This document shows positions 13,101 to 28,100 of a stretch of 64,000 nucleotides of DNA, in pieces. The notes under the pieces were generated by a model. The model was not told where the DNA came from. It did not search any database and saw only the letters and a program-made list of their open reading frames with translations. Positions within the stretch are counted from its first letter, which is position 1. The number at the start of each line of letters is the position of its first letter. A program made the translations under genes and the position numbers. The DNA is from Owenia fusiformis (Eukaryota). The stretch covers positions 5,394,001-5,458,000 of the forward strand of contig CAIIXF020000001.1 in the NCBI GenBank assembly GCA_903813345.2, given 5' to 3'.

Positions 13101-16100
13101 AAAAATCCAGATAAAAGCTTTTCTAGCACTGAAGTTATGTACTTTCAAAGATAACAGGTATTGCCAAAACTCATTAAAATCAAGGGAACGTGGAATTGAA
13201 TAATCAACAATTTCATGTTGTTTTTGTCTACAAGTACTACCAATAACAATAAGTGATTTAGTAAGAAATAGATTTTTGCTGACTTATATTATTATTCCAA
13301 TATAATTTCGGTCCATGATTTTGTCTAGCAACGGAATATAAATTGAATTAGTGAAATTCAAAAATTGGGGATAGGGGATAATTAATAAATATATATCTAA
13401 AATTTCAAGGGGTCCATCACCATAATCATGAACCACACCATGCACAAAAATTGAAAATGTATTCATCAAGTTGTTTTTGAAAAAAAGGTTTTTCTCTCAA
13501 ATTCGTGAAGTAAATGCGATTCACGAATATTTGGTGAAATTGTATTTCACTTTTAAAATTCATAAGATAGTCAATAGTGGCTCGATTTTCATAAAATAAG
13601 GCATGTCGGAAAGAGGATCCAATCTGTTAAGTGGTTATTTACCAAACAGCGCAATATTGATTATATTGCATTTTCGACAGTATCAGAAACAAGGTAACTT
13701 TCAATATTTTATGAATTTCATTTTTCAAAAAATGTCATTTATCTGTGGCCCAGGCTAGAAAAATAACAGAGGCACAAAAACCTTGCAAAAGAATACTTTT
13801 GAGGATATCATATATGGTATTAAATATAATATTTCTTAAGGCTTCTGTGCTGACGATTAGTTTTAAAATTTATGCACAATGAGAGAATATGACTAAAGAA
13901 CAGAATATAGGAAAAATAAAAAGCATTTTTTATTCTCACTTTTCAACACTACGCACTGGCGTTTTGGCGTACATTGTTCCTACGCCACTGTATACCTTAT
14001 CATTATATAAAATAATTCTAGTGGATATTTTTCAAGTGGAATATAATGCGATGACTTTTCAGTCAAAACCAGTTAAATTGCAAATCGCGTAGCCGATATT
14101 TCAGAAGTTTAGTGATTTTCCTACCTAGCCTATACTATATTACATTGGAGAAAATAAATAGAAACATTTGAAAAAAGACATTGCAACAATTCAATTTCTA
14201 TGAAGAATATATTGAAGCAACCTTTCCAAATATATAATATGATATGGACACGAACATGCGGCAACAATGTTAAGCGGACAGAAATAGTTAAAAAATATCA
14301 GTGAAATGTGTTTTATTTCTGCGATCCGAGTATGACGTGATTTCCCAGGCATCAATTTTAAGGCATCAATGACGTCATTGATACATAACAATGGCGGCAT
14401 CCGCAGCGATCCAGATATGGGTACTTTGAACTTGAATTATATGTTAGTTCAAACACGATATATCCAATGAGTGAGCTGAGGTGATAGATTATGGTTATAA
14501 GTAGTCAGAGTATAATTTAGAACATGAAACTTCGCATTCCCTTTAAATGTCATATTTTACATATGGATTTATATTTCAACGATAAAGACAATTATAAATA
14601 CACATCTAAGTACAATTCTGTTATCTAATGTTATGTATATGGACCTTATTCTGTGACAATGGCGATTTTTGCTTTTTGTCCTGAAAACTAGTTTTGAAAT
14701 CTTGTCTTCTCCATAATAAATACACAACTTGACAATATTATTAAAGACAAATGGGTAGATTTGATATATTGATGATAACATATGTGAAAGCAATCCAGAA
14801 ATAACTCAGACAGAAATCCCAATTTCAGAAAAAACTTTGAACATTTTTTGACGATTTCACCGAGAGCATTCCTGGACGAAAAATGTGATATCCCTAATTA
14901 AATCATACAGTTGTTGATGCTACACAAGTAAAATTTTTCTTCCATTGAACACTCTATTTACACGCAAAAAATGACAAAGATTCTTTCATTATTGAGAAAG
15001 ATATTCCAAAATTAGTGGGTGGCATTTTTTGTGTCACCATGTACATTCCAAGAAATTTTGGACACCCTGCAAGTCATAGATTGAAGGTGCAAGTTGAAGG
15101 GTTTTTAGTATATTCCTGCTTATATACCCATTAGTAAATTAGTGTTTTGGTTGACTTTCATGACTTAGAAAATGGAAAATCTTACTTCATAATATATTTT
15201 TTCAGAAAATGCAGGAGACCTAGAATCTGAAGGTATTAGCATATCTAAAGGTCAAGGCGTCAAAGTCAGTAGGTCACAGAGGAGGTCACCTGATGAAAAA
15301 GTCAAAGTTAGCATATGTGCTATGTGTGCCAAGTAAGTAGAAATGCCTAAAATAATTAATAAAAGAAATGATTGCTTAGATGAAAAAAAATGATTAATCT
15401 ATTTTAGAATCAAAAATAGCCTAGTTGCTTATTATTATCAATTGGTGATTGCATGTCTGATGAATCATTTCATCTACTTAAGGGTTATGAGTGGCCAGAG
15501 AGGACCACAGCCAAGTGAACCTGCCATGGGTAAGTCTTCCCTCTAGAGCCTACACTGTTCATAATTTACAAGTACTGAATCTCACAAGTATTGTTTATTT
15601 GCATTATTCATCTTTCTCAAAAGTAATGGCACACATCAGGTTTTTTTGACGGCGGTTGGTTTGGCGGTTGGCTTCCAATAACTTAAAAAATACTTTTTAG
15701 ACTGACTTCAATTTTTTCAAAATCATCTACATGTTTTCAGATGTTCAAATCTGACTATGTATTAAAGATTTGACTTTCAATGCCCTTTTCAAGGTCAAAA
15801 AAGGTCATTTTCAACTTGCTTTAAATTGACCAATTTTTTTTCAAAATCATTTACATGTTCTCAACAGTTCATCAATGACATTCTCATGGTCAAAAAGGTA
15901 TTTTTCATCTTGCTTCAAATTGACTAATTCTTTTTTCCAAAATCATCCACAATTTCTCAGAAGTTCAAATCTGACTTTAAATATGAGATTTGACCTTCAA
16001 TGACCTTCTCAGGGTAAAAAAGGTCTTTTTTCTACTTGCTTCAAATTGACCAATTTATTTTTTCAAAATCATCTACGAGTTCTCAGAAATTCAAATCTGA

Positions 16101-19100
16101 ATTAAGATTGAACTCATAATATTGTGAGCACTTAGGTGGTGACATTTTGTCATTTTAATGCCTTGTTGTTCTTAGTGGTGTTCTCTTATTTTTGCATTAT
16201 GTACGCCGTACGCATTAAGGCATCAAAGTTGTACTGTAATTTGACAATAAATAATTTTGTATCAGATCATCAATTTAAATCTTTTTGGAAAAACAGTTTA
16301 CTGTGTAATCCTATGCTGTTTAGATATAATTCATGAAAAAATCAGCCAAACTCAATAGCCGTCAATGCTCTGAAAAGGGGAAATTCAATTTAAATTAATT
16401 CAAGTATTATTTTACGCGCTGCAGGTACAAGGTTTGGCGAGCTACCAGACTTTGACTATGAGACTGATCGAGATTTCCCAAGTCGACCACAATCATCAGT
16501 GCGTTATACACCAACGCCCCCTAGTGATGTGGAGGATTTTGAGAGTGTATCACAAGTGACAGGTCCTAGGAGACCTGTATGGCATAATGAGGTGAATTTC
16601 ATAACCAGTTTCTATCACAGTAATTTGTTCTGCTTGTTGTTATAAAGGTAGATATCACAAGTTTTTTTGATTTGTTTTTTGAATAAGCCATTTATTTTGA
16701 ATTTGGTGGATTTATTGACTCCCTTTTCACTTTTTTACATTTTAAGCTATATTTATGTATATTTGGCTTCCTGTTAATTTTTTGAGAAGTACTAAAATTG
16801 AAAAATTGAAACGCTTGAATTGAGTAGTTTTCCAATACATCACTGTTATATGAATTCTAATATCTGATGGACAAGTGGATACTGGTTCATATCTTTGTAT
16901 AGATTGATATACGCTTTATGGGTCATTGGAATACATGACAGGCATCTTTAGCTCTATTTCTTCCATTTTCACCCGCCTTGCTACTTTAATTCCTGCAATG
17001 CGTTTATTGAAATCTTTACCAGTACATGTAGTTCTCTTTTTGTCGAATTATTTAAGGGCATCAGAGTTTTTTCTTTACACGCTACAGTTGTGCGGCCATA
17101 TTCATCAAAGGGGGGGGCAGAAACAGGGACTTTCCCTCCTCTTGTTCAAAAGATAATGAATATTTTTTTGTTTCAACAGGACTCTGATGCAGATACTATA
17201 ACACCCAGGAAGGGAACACATATGTTTTCCAAGGTTGTAGACACGGATCAACATCCTGAACAACCCATGTATGCTGGGTAAGCATGTATTTTATTTCAAA
17301 GTCGAACTAAAGGCTGTGTAATTTGCTAGTCTTTCTTAGACATAAATCTGACAATAACTTGTGAACAGGGCACTTAGATGATAGTTTCAATGAAAACAAT
17401 GCAATGGACTAGAATTGTGTTAAAATAAGAAATAAAACTCCATATATTGTCTCATCTAAATAATTGAAATAAACAGTACTTATTATCAATTCAAATCCTG
17501 GTACATTTTAGCTGGCGAAGAACTTAGTTAACAGATTTGATTCAAATTCAACATGCTGATGCCTTTGGGACATAGAACTCCGCTTAAGAAAGAAATTTCT
17601 AATGATTAATGAATTAAAAGTGGCCACCATTTTCATGAAAAAATACAATTTTTGATAACCGAAATACCAGTTGGAGGTCCCATGCAGTGTCTCATCATAG
17701 ACACTGTGGCGGTCAGATGGAGAAATAACCAAATATTGGTGAAAATAGTCCCCTTTTTAACCTCTTGAATCCCAGGCTCTAAAATTGGCATGAAACCAGA
17801 GAATTTTTCATTTTTTGCCACCTTTTGACATTTTATTACATACCTATACAACTTTAGATGCTCAGCTTAGTAAAATTGGACGGCAGTGATCATTTCTACA
17901 CGTTTTAAAACAATTTTTTTGTAAATTGGATGAAAATTGTTCAAATGAGAGCAATTTTTGTGAAAAATTTTGTGACGGATTTTCTCGTCCCTCTGGGCAC
18001 CAGTCTTATTTCATTTGTGACGGATATATCCGTCACTCTGGGTATTCAAGAGGTTAATCAGTATATTCATCCAATTTTGTTATAGCTTATAAAATATTTA
18101 TTCTTTTACATTATTATTTTGTAAGAATATTTCGGATACGTGGTCTATCCATACCTTGTAATTCTTTTGACTGTAATCTGATATTTCAGTACGAGATCTC
18201 CAATGTCTCCTAAGAGGGCCACAGGAACCCCTAGTCGATCACGTAGCCCTGGGAGGAATGCCCAACTGTCTGGCACTCTCCCTCTACGCTCTGTAGACAT
18301 GCGCAGCAGTTATTCTAACACCCAGGTAGCAGATGATGAGAAGTCCCTTGAGTTTATGAGGAAGACATGGAGTCCCAATACACATTCCTTTGACACTGAG
18401 GTGAGTCCCAATGCACATTCCTTTGACACTGAGGTGAGTCCCAGTGCACATTCCTTTGACACTGAGGTGAGTCCCAGTGCACATTCCTTTGACACTGAGG
18501 TGAGTCCCAATGCACATTCCTTTGACACTGAGGTGAGTCCCAGTGCACATTCCTTTGACACTAAGGCGAGTCCCAATGCACATTTCTTTGACACTGAGGT
18601 GAGTCCCAATTCACATTCCTTTGACACTGAGGTGAGTCCCAATGCACATTCCTTTGACACTAAGGTGAGTCCCAATGCACATTCCTTTGACACTGAGGTG
18701 AGTCCCAATGCACATTCCTTTGACACTGAGGTGAGTCCCAATGCACATTCCTTTGACACTGAGGTGAGTCCCAATGCACATTCCTTTGACACTGAGTGGA
18801 GTCCCAATGCACATTCCTTTGACATCAAGGTGAGTCCTAATGCACATTCCTTTGACACCGAGGCAAGTCCCAGTGTCATTTGACTCCAATATTGGGATTT
18901 TGCCAAATAGTCTGGCAGAAATATAGGGTATTTTGACATTCAATCATTTTCTTCGGATTACAATGTTTTTTTAACTTATCAACATGAATATAGGATTGGG
19001 ACCTCAAAACCACCGGATGCCGGTGCGGCACCCTTGGGCAACTCTCTACAGAGCATTTCTTATACCCCCCTGATAAAATATACAGGGGGTACTATAAGAC

Positions 19101-22100
19101 ACCCTCATATCTCAGATACTGATAAGTATATTAACTTGAGATTTACAGGAATTAGTTTTAGTATGATGCTTGACATGTATGACAAAAATCAAGAAAAAAT
19201 CTTAATCCGTTGCTATAGCAACAGTAACAGAACACTATTTGTTACCGTAGAGATGCATTATTTTGCTGATTTTCAACATTTCTTCATATAGTTGATTCTT
19301 AAACTAGTATATAGTATTACACTAGTATATAGGACACTGCATATTTTATATTTAGTATATACATGTATATCAAATGAAATCTAATGAATTTATACAGTAG
19401 TGAGGTTGGCATATAGTCTAGACTTTGGCATTTAGAACATGCATCATAATAAAATCTAATGTAATTATACAATAGAGAGGTTGGCATAGTCTAGATTTTG
19501 GCATAATGTCTAAATTTTATAAGCATTGGCTTTCCTCATCTGAGCAATCAGACTACTGGGGGGGGCCCTGTATAGCTTCTGGGGGCCACTGGGGACCATC
19601 GTATAGCTTTTAAAGGCACTGTGAATATTTGATTTAACAGTGAATTCAATTGGATATTGAAGCTTCGAGCTTTGTTGTTAAAATAGCTCTGTGGGTTCTT
19701 CATAAAATAATATGGATTGGTCTTGTAATGTAAAAAAGACAAGATTAACACAGAATTAATATACTCATAAAACTGTACTTTATTCCAAGTAAAAGACTAA
19801 ACATGTACAATTACACTCTTCAGTATAAAATAAAACTGTTCAAAGATAAAGAAAGAATGAAAATGAGATTAATAAGATGAAAAGAAATGATGTGTGATGT
19901 TCCCCCCGATCTAACTCTCTACTGAATGAAACCCAAAATTTCTCTTAAATACCCCCAAGTTATAAAAAATGAAAGGCAATCCCTTACCCTACAAAACCTA
20001 TAAGAAACCCATAGAAAGATGGCAGCACAGTACGGTGAATCAACATGAAAAATGCTATACAACCCCCACCCAAATAAAATGACAATTCTCCTGACATTGT
20101 ACGTACTAAAAAAACTGAAAATATGCTAAATCTAAATAAATGTATATGATATTCTAACAATGTCCTATATGAATGTTTACTAACACAGTGCCGCATACAT
20201 AGTTCGTGTATAATCCATATCCATATCCAATATCCATATGAAATATCCACGCAGAGTTCGTGCAAATATCCTTGCTTCATACGTAGTTCCTGTTGATAAA
20301 TGTCGTTATAATAAACCATAATAAGTTCCGATTTTATAATCCGCGTATCTAGTCCTGGATCCAATGCGATGCTGTAATACGTGCATCTAGTCCACGATGT
20401 AATATTTTCGAATCCAAAATATGCACCGTCTTAGTAGTCGAAATAATATCCATAATCCGTATATCACATGCACGTCCGCATCGTGTCCATTATCGAATAT
20501 GTCCGTATCCTCGCTGAAGAATCCATAATAAAATATCCATTTCCTTGTAGCAGTGTTCATAATAAACGTTTTCGTTGGAGAAAAGAATTGTTTATAATAA
20601 CAGGAGATCGTACATCTTCAGCTCCTTCATCAGTTGTCGAAATCCTCTGTGGCTCCACTCCATCCGAAATCCGCGTCGTCTGCATCTCCATAAGACATAG
20701 GCATCGCCTTCACAGGTCATCTTCATCGCTTCTTCACGGTTAGGTAGTCGTCATCTACTTCAGGTCGTCATAGGAAATCGCTTACTGGGATCCCGGGCAA
20801 TTAATTTTTTAATTCTCAAAAAGTTCTCCAAAAGTGTCTTTAAGAAACATTTTTTATTAACATGTCTTTAACTTGCTTTTCTATGTGACATAAACAAGTC
20901 TTCTTCGTGTTCTAAACTCTTCATGAATTTAATTTTCTTCAAGACATCAATTTCTCTTCATTGACAAGTAACTAGTCTTTCTATCTCTTCAACATACAAA
21001 CTTTTCACTTGACTTGTCTTTCATGACTGAGCGTTTTTCAACTCTTCAACTCTTCTAGCAAATCTTCAACTTCAACTCTTCATGAAATTATTTACATTTT
21101 CTCTCTATTCTTCAAAATGATCTCTGATTGTTACTTGTGAAACTTGTCTTTATCTTTAAAATGCACTGAGTGGTTAGTCTTTTAAAATAAAAGATGCAAA
21201 TTGCTTACGAACAGTAAGAAAGAATATAAATATGGCTTAACATGTTTTCCATAATAGGCAGGACAAATTCTAAAAAGTAATAACACAATTATACATATCT
21301 AGCGATTTAACATTAACATCAATAATGCATGCAACATGGGTTTCAGACTCTGCCAAGATTACTAAAACCTTTTCTTCAGGTCGCCCCCTCTTGCTAGGAC
21401 TTTGTTTCCGAAAGTAAATCAGTAACACCTCAGTGCACAATAGCATTTTACTTTTGATTTTCCAAAGAATTCTATATTTTCATACTTAGCGCTATGTATT
21501 GTACAAATACAAACAAATTGCTATATTCAAATATAAATGACTAATCTCTCATGTATTCATTTCACTAAACCTGATGATTGATGGCTGTCATAACAAAATC
21601 TCGTTGTAGGATCCACAGTTTGTACTTTCTTACAAAACTGAGAAAACCACTTGCCTGGGCTTCAATTCAATTCTCTATTGAACCCTAAAGGGGCAGGGAA
21701 AGTATCGCAACAGACTTTTGACAGTTGATAATTTTTTGTGAGTGGTTTCTGGCTGTAAAAAATAAATGCTTGTGAAAGGCGAATCTATAATCTTCAAGAA
21801 ATGTTCAAAGAATAGTTTCCAGATCAATTGGATTATCTTATAATCCATGTTTAATCCACCCATCAACAAGCTTTTTCAAAATACATTCGTCATTTTCACC
21901 ATCGTCCCTCATTTTTTTTACAATTTTTCATGCAAAGTTACATTGTACTTGAACACATGTTTCATCACGTAAAATATATAAGGAACTCCATGAAGTTTGT
22001 TTTTGAGTTTTTTTGGAAAAAATGAACCTCTTAAAATGCATGTTTACAAAAATAATTTAGAAGCGATGTAAAAGATGGCAATGTTTTTCAATAATAACAT

Positions 22101-25100
22101 GCATAGGTGCGTGAATTACTCATGTGTGTTGTGTTTTAATCCTGCATTCACTGACTGAGTTAGCCTATTGAAAAACCATAGAGATTAATAATACAAACAG
22201 TAATACCATGAATACTTCTACTTCAAGCTCAAATAGAGCTTTCAGGGTCCTGTGTTGAAATACTAGATCACCTTATGTGCATGAATTTTTGATTTGTAAG
22301 GATCAAGAGAAAGCATTAGTGCAAGCAATTAAATGAAAGCATCATCCGAACATCACTTGAAAAGTAATAATGTGGTGAAAAATTGCAGGATGTTGACAGA
22401 AAATATGGCTAGGGGAGAGTGTCGTCTCTCAACCCCCCCCCCTCCTCCCCCTCCCTGGGCACGGGACTAATACATGTGATATGGCAAAGTCCAATTCATA
22501 GATTAAGTTTCCCTGGCAGTCTTGTTGGCATTTTTATTAGAGTTCATGTTTTGTTTATGTGATGGGTGAGTGGAAGACCCTTGGGTGGCAATCAAATATA
22601 AAATGTTTTCTAAAATATATATTTGAAATACTTTGTGTATGTACAGTCACAAACTCTAGGCATCATTAACTAGTAGGGCAACACCCCAACTCAATTGAGT
22701 GAATGTGTAAACCATATATGGAACAAAAAACATTACACAAAACAAACTCAGCATGCAAACATGTAAAACTGGCATGGCAAAACAATAGATTGTGAAACTG
22801 AATAATAAAAGCACATACGACTTGAAAACAAGGGATTAATAAACACTGGTGTAAAGTAATGATGGGACCTGTTAAAATGACATGAATGGGGATTGGTCAA
22901 TATGAATAGTAGAAATATAATTTGTGAAAATTTTACATTTAGTATTGATCATGAACATTAGAGAGGTTAAGTACACAGGCTCGTAGCCAGGTAGAGTGGG
23001 AGAGATAAAGGGAGCTGCTGCTCCCCCAAGAGATTCTTTCAAAATGATGCAGTTTCTCACCAATCTGAGCACTTTTCGCATGATTTTTTAGCCAAAACTG
23101 TCAAAAAGTTCCTCCCTAGGCAAAAGCTTTGCCCTTGGTAAAACTGCTCCTATCCCTTGGTAAAAGGTGGCTACAGCCTGTGTAAAACATTTGTGTGAGA
23201 ACTTGAATGTGAACGAGTACTGTTATGACCCCCCGTAATGATGTCCATCTCTCAACTGGTTTAACTGGGGACCATTACACCAATTGGCATTATATCAATC
23301 AGGCAAAAAGAGGCCAGTGATGTGAAAAAAGCCAATAGCACAGTGTTATAGCATGATGGTCACGCCACCTCTGAAAACGAGGTTGGACAGCTACGTTCAC
23401 TGATTTATTCAATAAAATGGCCGCGATGGAAGAGAAAACTAAGCTTGGCGCATTATTTTCTACTACTGTGTATCAATCAATTTCGCTTAACCGTCCATCA
23501 ATTGTTTACACTACCGCAAATTCAAAATACATCATTATGGCTTGAGTAGAACATATTAGGTAGTTTCCAATGCTCAATTGGCTTTGTATGATCGTATATA
23601 GGTTACATCTATATACCACAAGGTTTTTAGGCAATGTGGACCATGCCCTAACAAAAAAATGAACAAATTACTAAATTTTTATGTAGTTTTGAATTTCAAA
23701 ATCGACAGTTTTTCTCTTATTTCACGTTATCCCCGGGCATCAATTTGCAAAGACTACGTTCAAAATATACATTTCTGAATGTATCACCGAATGCCATTCT
23801 TACATAAATCGTTCATCCTTTCATTGATACACAGTAGTAGAAAATAATGCACCAACCTTAGTTTTCTCTTCCATCACAGCCATTTTATTGGGTAAATCAG
23901 TGAACGTAGCCATGCAACCTCGTTTTAAGAGGTGGCGTAACCGTCATGCTATAACACTGTGGTTACCGTCCATAGAATTCATACTTCGATAGAAGTCATA
24001 CGTAGTCGTCTAACGACATTGCGTTTGAAACCTTATTATTTACAATATACACCACGTTCCTGTTCTGGATTTGTCATTTTATGCCTTGTTTATAAACAGT
24101 TAACTTACACTTAATATTTTGAGTGGCTCATGTACTGAGAAAACACGAGAATGAACCAAAAATGATAAAGTTTGATATCTCAGTCGGTAGGTTTACAGCT
24201 TATATTCTGTTTCTTGTAGACCACCTGGCAGATTTGACCCAGTCTTTATAACCATCCATATATACGTCACCGAATGAAAGTAGTTTAAAAGGAGATCTTA
24301 TCTGCGAATATTGCCTACAGGCGAGAAAGAGGACATGCTGCCTTTCCCATCCGCCATTTTTTGTTATCGTTACCGCAAAATTTTGCAAATCGCCTTGACG
24401 TAACCGTCATGCTATAACACCGTGAATAGGGGACCATAAGTTTACACATTCCATGTGTACGTTCATCAGAATAGTGCGATCTTAACCTCCCTTAAAATTG
24501 AAATTGTTGGCTCAACCAATAGACTCATTCTATGTTTGTTTATATTTGTTCACATTAATATGGAAGAAAATCTGACATTTTGCTAAAAAGATGTTATTGT
24601 AAATCTTAGAAATAATGATAAAGGTATTATACACAACACACTCAATGGTATTGATTATGGTTTTCAGAGACTCTCAATAGGGACCTTAAGCTTGTAATGT
24701 TCACAACCTAAATGTGAATGGAAAATGTTTAGCGATGCATTTGTGTGGGTGATTGGTCATAGGTTGGTGTTTCGATTTTATATGCAAGCTTAATCTCCCT
24801 AATGTTAACATTAAGGTAAGAGTGTATGTTACTCATAACATTTTCTTAGGATAACATTTCTTGAATTGATGGATATGCAAAAAATATTCTTAGCATATCA
24901 TCCTTCATTTTATTATTTGAATAATCAATCTGGAGATATACTCAAATAAGGAAGTGTGTTATAACACATCATCATATAGAAACATGTCCAATGTTTTTTC
25001 AGAAGCTGGATCAAAATATTTGTCTTACTAAAATTATTGGCAAAGGTATGATATACTAAATACTTGTACTGTATTTATGATTTTGATAGCACTGAATACC

Positions 25101-28100
25101 TCGTGAATCATTACTGATAAACAAGATACAGAAAACCTGTTCAAAGTAAATGCTATAATAAGGACATCATAGAAATTATCATAAAGAGAGGTATTTAGAA
25201 TTTCTTAACAACTGACACACACAGGTTTAACTGCACTCAAACATTAAACTGTCAACTTGACAGGTATTCAGAATTGTTTGGGAAATGCTGAGGTTATGCT
25301 CCATTGATTTAAACAGGGGATCAAACAGCAGGGGGTCAAACAAGTCCAACCATTCATTTATGAAAACATTTTGAACTAACTTTATGGCACACTAATGACA
25401 TCTTATATGAGTGTGCTGTACTAAAACCATAGCCCCATTGGATCCCCTTATATTGGATTATCATAATCCTAATCCAGAAGGAGTTCCTTATACATTTTAA
25501 GTGATGAAACATGTGTTCAAGTAAAATGTAACTTTGCATGAAAATTGTAAAAAAAAATGAGGGACGATGGTGAAAATGATGATTGTATTTTGAAAAAAAG
25601 CTTGTTGGTGGGTGGATTAAACATGGCTTATGAGATAATCCAATTGATCTTCCTTGAATTTTTCTTAAAGATTATACATTGGCGTTTCATATGCATTCAT
25701 TTTTATACAGCCAGAAACTACGAGAAAAAAATTATTTACTGTCAAAAATCTGTTGCGATACTTTCCCTCGTTCTTTGACAATTTATGATCGTCATCATAA
25801 CATTATCCAGTTGCCGCTCGGGAAATAACCATTTATTTCGAGCATGTACATGGCAAAATCTCATAACAAATAGTGTGGAATAAAACAATAAAAAACAAAA
25901 TCAGAAACTTAAAGACAAGATATCCCAAAGATAACATTATCCCGTCCAGCAGGAATATGTTTCTTGATAGACTAAAATCATCATAATCTTATGATGCAAT
26001 TTCCACAATACACAAACAGAAAAACATGCCATATACTTTTATGCTTTTCGCATCCTGAAAAGATACAACTTGCTCACTGTAAGTAATATTTAAAATTATT
26101 AGCCATTTGATTCCTCTTAAAGTCATAGCAAAATTATTCTCCAACCCTGGTTTATGAGGCCGAGTCTTAAAACAAAACTGCACTAATTCTACATAATACC
26201 GAGTAATTCCAACTAATGTTACTGTCAGTGCACGTGGGCTAACTGATACCTATGATTCGACTTAGATGCGATATCCAAGGATAAATACCAGTTATTCTAC
26301 CCCACTGCTTTACATGTGGATCATTTGTTACCTATGATTCAACTTAGATGCAATATCCAAGAATAAGTAACAACCACAAAACCTCATCTAAAACAACATT
26401 GAACTCTTCTTCTAGCTAACTTATCAACTTAGATGCAATATCCAAGAACACATGACAAGAAACCTAGTTCAAATCTCATAACTTAACAACAATGAATTCT
26501 CTTCGTCTAGCTAACTTATCAACTTAGATGCAATATCCAAGAACGCATGACAAGAAACCGACTTTACTTTTCATCATTTAAGTACCATATAACTGCCAGG
26601 CCTTACTACACGAATGGAATATGAAATTCCATCATAATTTTCTATAACAAACCACCAGTCTCAAACTACCCCCTCCATTTTCATGGAATTTCATATCTCT
26701 TAATAAAACCAGATAAAACGATCCCTATGTGTATTTTCGACAAGCACACGTTTAATTACTGTAAAACATAAATTGTCTTCAGAAATCTCATTTTAAAAGT
26801 TACTTTTTCAATCTTCTCATTATCTTAAATGCTTACTTCTTATTGTTCACTCTTAATTGTTTACTTCTAATTACTTATTTCTAATTGTTTACTCTTTATT
26901 GTTACTTCTAATTGCTTATTTCTAATTGTTTACTTCTTATTGTTACTTCTAATTGCTTATTTCTAATTGCCCGGGCAACCACATATTACAAAAATGACAA
27001 ATCTCATTCATCCATTCAGCGACACAAAACAAACATGCATTCTTGCCAAATACGGATGTTTGACTCTTTCTATGCATAATTAATAAAGAAAAATGTTCTT
27101 CAATACTACAAAATGGTCCTGTTTTCATACTTGAAAGGCTTTACCTCCCCTAAACAATTTCTTTTGCAAGTCATGTTTTCATCCACTAGCCATTAAAATA
27201 TACCTATATGCAATTCCATTGAGAGTTTGAAATAAAAGATCTTTTAAGGTATGCATTGATGACTTTTACTTAACTCTGTATTATGTACTTTTTCCCTTTT
27301 AAATAATCACGAGATAAACAATGCCCATGCAGCACACATTTAACTAACTTACTACTAACCGACTATCTACCCAACTACCTAACTAACTAACTAGCTAACT
27401 AAATATGTTCCCTTTATATTTACTTATACCAGAGACATATAAAATGTTTTATAGGTCTCTGCTTATACACACTATATACATTCTTTGACTAAACAATCAA
27501 TTAATCCCATCCATATCTTGTAGGCGCTCTTCTATTTCTTGCATTTCAATATTGAAGCAAGACTATGCCTTAATAAACCATCCGACGATTTCTTTTCTTC
27601 ATTTTGATTTTCAGGTGAAACCGTGATTTTGCCATCTGTGTCTTTCTCGTCATGGAGACTTACATTTTTATCTGACCAAATCAAATCAAAGTTTTCATTA
27701 TTTTCGTCTTTCTCATCTTCATTTTCCCCAACGGCACCTAACACGACAGAACACCCATTTTCACATTGATCCTTCCCCTCCATATTCACAAGGTATCAAC
27801 TTCTATTTAATGAATGAGGTATAATCTATATGTAATATCAAAACACAAACAGAATCAAGTACGCTTTTATCATCAATACAGGGATTTTTACAAAATACAA
27901 AGACCAAAAACTAGATCTTGAACATTCAAATCAAATATTCTCAATTAATAATTTCGTCTACAAGGTCTAACACCAATTCGGGACTATCTTAACACTATAG
28001 CCACAGCCAAACAAATAGATACGCGCTCGATTTTGCCAATTTTAAAGCAATGCGTCTTAGCATGCACAATTGTAGAAATAAAGGATAGAAAGAAAGTAAA

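Larger units (their letters stand above)
21688..25775. mobile_element. Old non-autonomous DNA transposon with ~300-bp imperfect TIRs, nested in the LTR element (possibly Kolobok-like)
   Basis: ~21695-21990 is the diverged reverse complement of ~25480-25768 (AGGGAAAGTATCGCAACAGA...). Confidence 0.7.

Noticed and set aside
18368-18883. CRISPR-like appearance of ~33-bp repeats
   Set aside because: No unique spacers, no cas genes, eukaryotic context.
18284-18943. Antisense repeat ORFs (SKECALGLTSV, KGMCIGTHLSV)
   Set aside because: By-products of the 33-bp array; only the + frame continues a spliced exon.
23339-23385. True V(D)J recombination signal
   Set aside because: Heptamer present, but no nonamer at 12 or 23 bp and no antigen-receptor segments.
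27532-27789. Acidic 85-aa ORF as a gag remnant
   Set aside because: No zinc knuckle, protease or other recognisable motif.
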